A stretch of 64,000 bases of DNA, taken from the NCBI GenBank assembly GCA_964354375.1, contig CAYGZQ010000003.1:50040-114039 (forward strand). Reading direction: 5' to 3'. Position 1 is the first letter of the stretch. Each line of letters begins with the position of its first letter. The stretch comes from an uncultured Planctomycetota bacterium (lineage in GTDB: Bacteria > JAJVIF01 > JAPKYR01). This document shows positions 57,093-64,000 of this stretch, in pieces. A model generated the notes under the pieces. The model had not been told where the DNA came from. It saw only the letters and a list, made by a program, of their open reading frames with translations, and did no database searches. The translations under genes were made by a program, and so were the position numbers.

Positions 57093-59790
57093 TTATGGTG
57101 ATGCCGTTCAGGGCGATGATATCGCCCGCGACCGCGGAGTCGCCTTCGATCCTCAGATACAGAGTTCTCCTGTCGGGGGCGAAGTACCTTTCAACATCGT
57201 TCAGCCTTATCATCACCCTGCCCCTCGTCGAGCCGAACTCGGGCATGCGCACCCATATCCCCTGTTCATGGTTGAAGACCCAGACAGTGAAAGGAGCGCT
57301 CGTGTCGGTCGTGCCGACGCTCACGCGAAGCATCGCGGGAAGGTCGACCGACGGCCCGGTGGGGGGAAGACTGATCGAGTAAACCATCTGCCCGTCCGTC
57401 AGGAGAAGCGCGCCGGAGGGCTCGATCTCCATGTTTGCGGCGGAAAGGGCGACGATCTGGCCTTCGGCTCCCTCGACGGGCGAATTGCCCTTCTCGATGA
57501 CCAGCGGAATGTGGATGAGGACGAGCGTTTCCTCATTGTTGGCTCTGATGCGCGGGCTGGACAGAGCCCGGTCGCCCGCCGAGGACCTCCAGCCCGCAAG
57601 CACGAGCTCGTCGGCGCCGGAGCTGTGCGTCGGCCTGGCGTTGAGGACCTCCAGCGCCCCATCGCGAAGCCTGCGCGACCTCGGCGTTACCTGGCTCCCC
57701 ATCGTCCCAAGCGATATCGAGTCCGCACGCGAGTCGGTCAGAAGATCGAAATCGATCGAGCCGTTCCGAAGTCCGGCCTCCGACCCGGCCTGGAGACGTT
57801 TACCTACGAACTGTCCCTGCGTGTAATAGTACAGGAACGGCTCCTGAAGATCGTAGTTCAGCGCGACATTGAGTTTTCCGACAAGATGGTATCCATCCAG
57901 CGACACGTTCTCCAGGAACGCCGATCCGGGGCTCTCGCACGCGCCGGAGCTCTCGAGATGGAGCTCCGACCAGATCTTGATGTACGCGTCGCTTACGAAC
58001 GCATCGCCCCGCTTCCCGTGCTGAACGAGGTTCAACATGTCTGAAGGAGAAACATCCTGTTGAGACATGCCGTACATGGGCGACTGGATCGACGGTGTCT
58101 CGAGGCGCCTGATGAGGTCCCGGCCCGTCTCAAGCTCGACGTCGTAACGCCTGGCAGCCGGACTGAACAGGCTGAACCAGCTCGATTCCCACGCGGTCTG
58201 CGCCGACGGAAACGCATCCAGTACGTTTACCCTCGCAAGCATCAGCCTGGCGCCCTTCGTGCTCAGCGCCCAGCTGTACGATGCGATCACGAACGCCGCC
58301 ACCACAAGGGGAATCGTGTACCACAGCCACTCCCGTCTCCGCATCCTCAGGAGGATGAAGTAGTTGACCGGACCGACCACGATGATATATGCGACGAGAA
58401 ACAGGGCGACCGATTTCACCGCGGGAAGCGCTGTCAGGTTGTCGGATTGAAGGAGGTTGTCGATGTCATAGGAGAGCCTGTAGCGGGACCGCTCCACGAA
58501 CGGATTCGGGTTCTGCCCACCCCGACCCCATCCGTAGCGGTACGGGGACTCGGTCTTCACTATCGGCCTAATTCGATCGTCCGCGGCCATCAGGTAGCCC
58601 ATCATGAACGTCAGGTAATCCCCCAGACCCGCGCTCGTGGTCGCTTTCATTGCGCCCAGGTTGAGCCCGGAAAGAAGGATGTCGCCCTCCCCAAGTTTCA
58701 GGTGCTGAAGGACTGGAATGTCGCCTTCCGCAAAGAGGGTTCTTGCGCTTGCCTGGGGCGCGAAAGTGACCGGGAAGTCCCCCGTTATCGGATTGTGCCC
58801 TGTGAGACCGGGGACCGTTCTCAGCTCGGCCAGCGTGGTCCTCACGGTGGGTTCCGTGATTGCCGACGGTCCGGCCCAGCCGCTTCCGTCGATCGCACCG
58901 GTCAGAAACGATCCCTGGTAACGATTCGGATCCTCTCCGAGCCAGATGATCACTCTGCCGCCGGATACGATCCACTCCGCCAGGGCGGCCTTCTGTTCCT
59001 CCGTGAGTTCGTAGAAGCGCCGCGTGTTCAGGATCAGGCCCTCGACGGACTCGTAACCCTCGGGACGATCGGGAAGGCCGGACGGTTTGATCCAGACCAT
59101 CAGAGGGTCCGCGGGGGAGTAGCGAATATTCGGCGGAGGGGACCCTCCGCTGGTGTACGGACTCCGGTAGCTTCCGTGTGTAGGTCCCTGAGCTTCAGCA
59201 GCGAAACGCGCTATGTCGGCGAACGACGGACCCTCCGGAAGGGAAACGCCGCTCAGGAATACGAAATCGGCGCCTTCGTCCGCGACCTCGACCCACAGCC
59301 TCTCCTCATCCAGAAGGCTTTTCAAGTCAATCACTTCGGTGGCCACAGGCGTGGTCTCAACGTACTGCACGTAGATCGAAGGCGACGGGTCCGCCTCGAG
59401 GAAATAGGGGTACAGGAAGTAGGTCTTTCTTGAGTTTGTCGGGATGTCGCACTCGGCTAGGAAAGTGGCGGTAAGCGGATTCGCTGTGTCCTGGCTGACG
59501 ACCCTCAGTTGCCCCTTGCGGGACGGTCCCGAATTCTCCAGCGTCACCCTGATCGGGAAGTAGCAGCCCTGGCGGATGAAACCGTCCAAAACCTGGCGCG
59601 CTTCCATCTTGAGCCCTTCTGCGTTCTTCTCCGCGCCCTGGCCCGGCTCGCTTTCGGTCTGAGCGACCGCATGTCCCGTGAACAGAACGGCCAAAGCGAG
59701 AAGCATCAACACGAACCAGGTCGCGGATTTGGGCCCTGACGATCCTTTCCTCTTGATGTGGATCCCCGGCTGTCGCTTTGATGAGGTCAT
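57082..59790 (-). CDS. Large membrane-anchored protein with signal peptide and internal TM pair; first gene of a 3-4 gene membrane module
   Basis: Signal …FVLMLLALAVLFTGHAVAQT; TM helices around residues 470-520; EEQKAALAEWIVSGGRVIIWLG segment. Confidence 0.55.
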   Translation of the reverse strand: MTSSKRQPGIHIKRKGSSGPKSATWFVLMLLALAVLFTGHAVAQTESEPGQGAEKNAEGLKMEARQVLDGFIRQGCYFPIRVTLENSGPSRKGQLRVVSQDTANPLTATFLAECDIPTNSRKTYFLYPYFLEADPSPSIYVQYVETTPVATEVIDLKSLLDEERLWVEVADEGADFVFLSGVSLPEGPSFADIARFAAEAQGPTHGSYRSPYTSGGSPPPNIRYSPADPLMVWIKPSGLPDRPEGYESVEGLILNTRRFYELTEEQKAALAEWIVSGGRVIIWLGEDPNRYQGSFLTGAIDGSGWAGPSAITEPTVRTTLAELRTVPGLTGHNPITGDFPVTFAPQASARTLFAEGDIPVLQHLKLGEGDILLSGLNLGAMKATTSAGLGDYLTFMMGYLMAADDRIRPIVKTESPYRYGWGRGGQNPNPFVERSRYRLSYDIDNLLQSDNLTALPAVKSVALFLVAYIIVVGPVNYFILLRMRRREWLWYTIPLVVAAFVIASYSWALSTKGARLMLARVNVLDAFPSAQTAWESSWFSLFSPAARRYDVELETGRDLIRRLETPSIQSPMYGMSQQDVSPSDMLNLVQHGKRGDAFVSDAYIKIWSELHLESSGACESPGSAFLENVSLDGYHLVGKLNVALNYDLQEPFLYYYTQGQFVGKRLQAGSEAGLRNGSIDFDLLTDSRADSISLGTMGSQVTPRSRRLRDGALEVLNARPTHSSGADELVLAGWRSSAGDRALSSPRIRANNEETLVLIHIPLVIEKGNSPVEGAEGQIVALSAANMEIEPSGALLLTDGQMVYSISLPPTGPSVDLPAMLRVSVGTTDTSAPFTVWVFNHEQGIWVRMPEFGSTRGRVMIRLNDVERYFAPDRRTLYLRIEGDSAVAGDIIALNGITINAS

Positions 59791-60158
59791 ATTTCCCTAC
59801 GCCACAGTCTGAAAATCGTCCTTCATCGAAATCGAGGAACTCACTATATCAGACCGAATGAGGCATTGAAAGTTCAGCCAGCAGCGTGGTTTCGAGTCAC
59901 CCGGGAGTGTTGATGCAGCAACGGTGTCCATCTCCCTGATTTCCTGGGGACGGTCCGAACGGGCAGGGGAGGACAAAGTGTCCCCTGTCGGCGGAATTGC
60001 GGGGATATAGCATAATATGCCTAGAGATTCTGAGCCGGTCGGCCTCCCGGTGGCCATCAGCAAAGGGATTCAGCGGCCTCTTAAATCTGCGCTATAATGT
60101 GCCATTTGGTACAATAACTGCCCCGTTACGCTCACAACACCTTCGGGAGTGTCCGACC

Positions 60159-61913
60159 ATGAAAATGTCGCGCCTCGCGTTCCTCTTATCTTTTCTCTTC
60201 CTGGCCGCAGCGCTTTCGTCCTGTGGCGGAAGCGACCCTGTCACCGGCGGGCCGGGCAACACCCCGGACCCTCCTGTCTTCGGCCTCAACACGGACGGGG
60301 TGAGCATCGATGCCCAGGATGCCGGGCAAGGAACGTGGAGGCTCTCCATCGCACCGGGAAGCTCTCATCTTGTTACATACAGCCCGCCCGGCGGCTATGC
60401 AGACGCCATTTTCGAAGCCCGGTGCTCCGATGGTTCATGGCGCGTGGACGGGAAAGATGCCGGCAAGTGCATCGCTACGCGCGACCGCTCCCTCGAATGG
60501 GTTGCACCTTCCTCCACCGCCGAAGTGCAGCTCCTGTTCTTTCCCAGTGACCCTGGAAGCGGGCTCAAGTTAGGCATGATGGTTGTTGTGTCGGATGAAT
60601 GGTATATGAATCCTCGCCGGCCGGTTCCGTATGACCGCGAGGCTACATTCGCGAATCCGTTGACGGGCGAAAAAGTCGTGGCGGCTGCAGGAGAGCTCCT
60701 CATAAAACTGGCGAGCGATCAGCCGGTCACCGCGGTTCTGTCACTCAGGGCGGGCCGGGACTACGAAGTGCTGGAGAGAGTCAGCGCGACCGATCCGGTG
60801 TTCAGGGTCCGACTGAATTCATCGGTGGACATCGGCAGCGCATGGCTCGAGCTTGTCAATGATCCGAGAGTGGCGGTTGTTGAGCCCAACTATCTCGCAT
60901 ATCCGACGGTGGTTCCGGACGATCCCGATTACGGGAACAAGCACGAGTTTCCGATGATCGACGCCCCGCTGGCCTGGGACATGGCGACCGGCTCGCCTGA
61001 CGTGTGGGTGGCAGTTGTCGACACCGGCGCGGATCGCGATCATCCCGATCTTGCCGCCAACGTGCTGCCGGGCGCGGATTTCATCCTCGGGGGCGACGGG
61101 CTCGGAGGCGAGACCCCGGGCGACGGCATCGACAACAACCAGGACGGGTGTGTCGATCAGAACGTGGGACACGGAACGCATGTCGCAGGAATCATTGCAG
61201 CCCAGGCGTTCAACGGCGTCGGGGCCTGCGGAATAGCATACAACACAGCAATACTGCCCCTGAGAATCTTCCCCACAAACGGCGATACCGGCGCGACCTT
61301 CTCGAGCATTATCGAGGCCGTCGAATATGCCACAGCCGAGAGCAACGTGAAGGTCATCAGCATGTCCATAGGGACCACGTACGAGTCGAGCCTGCTTCAG
61401 TCCGCCATAAACGACGCCTGGGCGGCGGGCAAGGTGCTGGTCGCGGCCGCTGCGAACTCGAACACGAGCGCGGAATTTTTCCCGGCTGCGCATGATAATG
61501 TCATCGCCGTGGCGGCCCTCAACAAGAGCGGGACCAAGGCGAGTTTCTCGAACTACGGCGCCTGGGTCGACATCTCGGCTTACGGGACCGGCATCTACTC
61601 GACATATTTCGACAACATGTATGCCTATATGTCGGGAACTAGCATGGCGTGCCCGCTGGTCTCGGGTTGCGTTGCGCTGCTCTTCTCCTATGACCCAACC
61701 TTGTCGAACGAGCAGTGCGTGGACATGATTTTCAGTTTCACGGACGATGTATACGAAGCGAATCCCGACTATCCCGGTCAGCTCGGCAGCGGCATTGTGA
61801 ACCCGTACATGGCGATGGACGGGCTGAATCACAGCCAGCCGGGCGGTGTCGGGGATGCGGGCAGCGACGGAAGTGTCTCAGACACCCGGATCGAGCCGGG
61901 CCCGAAAGCCTAG
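60159..61913 (+). CDS. Subtilisin-like (S8) serine peptidase lipoprotein
   Basis: Catalytic triad motifs VAVVDTGAD, HGTHVAGIIA and GTSMACPLVSG. Start MKMSRLAFLLSFLFLAAALSSCGG. Confidence 0.85.
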   Translation: MKMSRLAFLLSFLFLAAALSSCGGSDPVTGGPGNTPDPPVFGLNTDGVSIDAQDAGQGTWRLSIAPGSSHLVTYSPPGGYADAIFEARCSDGSWRVDGKDAGKCIATRDRSLEWVAPSSTAEVQLLFFPSDPGSGLKLGMMVVVSDEWYMNPRRPVPYDREATFANPLTGEKVVAAAGELLIKLASDQPVTAVLSLRAGRDYEVLERVSATDPVFRVRLNSSVDIGSAWLELVNDPRVAVVEPNYLAYPTVVPDDPDYGNKHEFPMIDAPLAWDMATGSPDVWVAVVDTGADRDHPDLAANVLPGADFILGGDGLGGETPGDGIDNNQDGCVDQNVGHGTHVAGIIAAQAFNGVGACGIAYNTAILPLRIFPTNGDTGATFSSIIEAVEYATAESNVKVISMSIGTTYESSLLQSAINDAWAAGKVLVAAAANSNTSAEFFPAAHDNVIAVAALNKSGTKASFSNYGAWVDISAYGTGIYSTYFDNMYAYMSGTSMACPLVSGCVALLFSYDPTLSNEQCVDMIFSFTDDVYEANPDYPGQLGSGIVNPYMAMDGLNHSQPGGVGDAGSDGSVSDTRIEPGPKA

Positions 61914-61961
61914 CGACGAACCGGGAGAACAGATTCAATGAGTTGACTGGAGGACGCGAAA

Positions 61962-62543
61962 ATGAACGGACAAAGACTGGCGATAGGTCTTATCATACTT
62001 TTCCTCTGCGCCATGTGCCTCATCCAGACTTCGATGACAGGCTGCAGTTCTGCAGACAAGTCTGCAGGTGCGGCGGCATCCGATTCCGCCGACGCCGACT
62101 CCCCGTTCTTCCACGGAACGAGCGACAGTGAAGAGTCACCCGATCAGTGGGAGGCGGTCTCCGAAAAAGTCCTGGACCAGATCAAGGACATGTACGCCGA
62201 CAGCGGAGTCGAGATCCGGGCCCTTGAGAGAAGCCACTACGGAGCCCCCGGAATAAGGTGCAGCCTCGTAAGGAAGGAGGCCGTTCCGACCCGGAAACAG
62301 CTCCTCGACGGCATGTATCTCCTGTACCTTACGTTTCCCCGCCAGAAGGTCTACATGGTCGACCTGGGCGAGGACACTCAGGACAGGCTGGAGACCCGAT
62401 GGGAGGCGCTTGCCGCGTTCGCTGAGGCCGGCTATTCGTTCGAGACCGGCCCGGGCGAGACTGAGAGCTTCTGGTCGATCCTGACCGCGGCGGACTCCGC
62501 CAACCAGCAGGGGAAATCGATCCAGACCGAATCATCCGATTAG
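61962..62543 (+). CDS. Hypothetical lipoprotein
   Basis: Signal/lipobox …SMTGCSSA; RBS GGAGGA. Confidence 0.6.
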   Translation: MNGQRLAIGLIILFLCAMCLIQTSMTGCSSADKSAGAAASDSADADSPFFHGTSDSEESPDQWEAVSEKVLDQIKDMYADSGVEIRALERSHYGAPGIRCSLVRKEAVPTRKQLLDGMYLLYLTFPRQKVYMVDLGEDTQDRLETRWEALAAFAEAGYSFETGPGETESFWSILTAADSANQQGKSIQTESSD

Positions 62544-62572
62544 ATCTTTCTGAAACAAATCCCTGGAGCCTC

Positions 62573-62598
62573 GGCGCGGATTTTTCCGCGCCTTTTTG
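62573..62598 (+). terminator. Rho-independent terminator
   Basis: GGCGCGGATTTTTCCGCGCC followed by TTTTT. Confidence 0.65.
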
Positions 62599-62865
62599 CC
62601 TTTCCCGCTCGCTTCCGACCTTGGTCACCGCTTCTCCGCCGGAATCCCAGGGGAATATTTTCTGCCGGTTAAGTGGTCTGGACGGTTGACAGAGCCGTAA
62701 TAAGATTATAATCTTTAATGTGTCGGTTTCGGGGGACATTCTATACCTCTGGCGATGCTTCTTGCTCGTATCCCATTTTCAAGTGGAACTCGTTGGGTTC
62801 TGCCATATTATTCAAGACGCCTGCCGAACTTAGAACCGGCCGCGCGTTAACATGGAGGCGAATCG

Positions 62866-64000
62866 ATGCCTGATGGAAGAACCGTGAAGACATTGGAGCG
62901 TGCTCGACTTTCCAGTTTCCTTATATACGCTCTATTGCTCATCTTCCTGTTGCCCGGCTGCGGAGGCAAGGGAGCCGGCGATGTTACCGCTCCCGCGACG
63001 GACAAGAATCCATCCACGGACGGACCTCCCGCGCTTACCGCCGCAATAGACTATCCGCCTTCGGTTCCAGGGCAGGTCGGTGGTAAGGCGTCCTGGGGAC
63101 TGTGGGACATCGCCCTCGACCGCGAATCCGGGTTCCAGGTCGTTCCCTTGAGAGGTGTCGAGTATTCGCTTAATGTCAACACCTTCCTGCAGCCCCCCAT
63201 GGGCAGTCTCGCGAACCTCCAGATCAATGTCGTCAACATGGAGAAGCTCTTCATCGCGGGCGATGTCACCGTGGATGTCTCGATCAGCCATCCCTTCCCG
63301 GCGGCTTCCCAGTTCACCGGCTTCGATGTTCTCGGGGTGATCATAGGCAAGGGTACCTTCGTTGCCAACTCCGACATCGGCATCGTCTTTGCCGACCCTC
63401 ACAAGAATCCTGTGTTGAAGAACGCGGACGGGTACACGCGCTGGATGAACCAGCTTGAGTTCACGACGGAGGGCTTACGGGGCTATACAGAGGGTGCCAG
63501 GGGGAAGAAGGGCCAGTTCTGGAATTCGTCCCTCAACGGTTACAAGTACTTCGCGACTAACCTCTATCCCACGGAATCGATCGTCGAATTCTACCAAAGC
63601 TCGTCCATGGTCTCTCAGCGCGGGATGTTCTCCACCAATGCGACAAACACGAGGCGATACGATCTGCATTTCCCGATGGTCGGGGGCTTTCCGGACGTGC
63701 GGTTCCAGTACGCAGTGGTTGCGAGCTGGGTCGAGCCCGTCAACATTCCGCCCCACAATCTTCCGGGGGATTTCCCGGCCGCCGCAAACATGCAGGAGGC
63801 CTTCCATTGCGAGATCTCCACGGTCGGCAGCAGCCTTTACTGGAACAACATGTACGACAACGGCGGAGACCTTTTCCTCACCCTGGAGATTTTCGACTGG
63901 CAGGGCATGACGAATCTCTCCGGCGTCGCGGGCGAGATCAAGCAGGTCACCCTTGACAGCCCGGACGAGTTCATCAACAACGGCAGCAAGATGGTGTTCG
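62866..64000 (+). CDS. Lipoprotein, paralog family member C (N-terminal family domain); 3' end runs off the window
   Basis: MPDGRTVKTLERARLSSFLIYALLLIFLLPGCGG lipobox. Family motifs FTGFDVLGVIIG, NADGYTRWMNQ, NGYKYFATNLY, NTRRY, FQYAVVASW. Not in the ORF track because no stop lies inside the window. Confidence 0.7.
   Translation, partial: MPDGRTVKTLERARLSSFLIYALLLIFLLPGCGGKGAGDVTAPATDKNPSTDGPPALTAAIDYPPSVPGQVGGKASWGLWDIALDRESGFQVVPLRGVEYSLNVNTFLQPPMGSLANLQINVVNMEKLFIAGDVTVDVSISHPFPAASQFTGFDVLGVIIGKGTFVANSDIGIVFADPHKNPVLKNADGYTRWMNQLEFTTEGLRGYTEGARGKKGQFWNSSLNGYKYFATNLYPTESIVEFYQSSSMVSQRGMFSTNATNTRRYDLHFPMVGGFPDVRFQYAVVASWVEPVNIPPHNLPGDFPAAANMQEAFHCEISTVGSSLYWNNMYDNGGDLFLTLEIFDWQGMTNLSGVAGEIKQVTLDSPDEFINNGSKMVF

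Noticed and set aside
1-64000. CRISPR arrays, transposases, integrases, prophage or plasmid genes
   Set aside because: No regularly spaced short repeats and no recombinase or transposase motifs were seen in any frame. The repeated elements found are short hairpins, not IS ends.

Overview
This is a high-GC (~60%) bacterial chromosomal segment with dense coding on both strands. Gene content points to a flagellated diderm: L-ring and P-ring genes flgH/flgI, a secretin, CcdA, LspA and at least 14 predicted lipoproteins. I found no CRISPR array, transposase or integrase. Three blocks can be recognised. (1) A conserved housekeeping block at 41.8-52.9 kb on the + strand: ispD, an ispF-RNase H fusion, RNase P RNA (rnpB), a lipoprotein, tatD, lspA, rluD-like, tgt, a DUF167 gene, rsmD, coaD, a coiled-coil ORF, rpmF and acpP. 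(2) A minus-strand flagellar rod/ring operon, flgF-(32-aa ORF)-flgG-flgA-flgH-flgI, at 28.9-33.6 kb, preceded on the same strand by a small membrane protein, an Ig-like-repeat lipoprotein and a secretin carrying a long acidic tail. (3) An accessory, envelope-rich complement. It includes four paralogous lipoproteins that share a conserved N-terminal domain I do not recognise, each with a different C-terminal module (Asp-box/BNR, Kelch, Ig-like). Two secreted-protein genes are split by in-frame stop codons, one TAA and one TAG, placed shortly after a lipoprotein signal peptide. A ~1289-aa protein carries three tandem kinase-like domains that all lack the catalytic Asp, then a degenerate PP2C-like domain, then TPR repeats. 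It is transcribed divergently from two tandem B12-binding radical SAM paralogs followed by ccdA, and a thrice-repeated 16-bp motif sits in the shared regulatory region. A 962-aa Asp-rich protein carries thrombospondin-type-3-like Ca-binding repeats. A 4-gene membrane module contains two large paralogous proteins. An exact 25-nt GNRA-loop hairpin element occurs at two separate loci. Gene starts were refined by hand where the six-frame ORF over-extended (signal peptides, RBS). Many shorter ORFs antisense to long genes are treated as high-GC artefacts.
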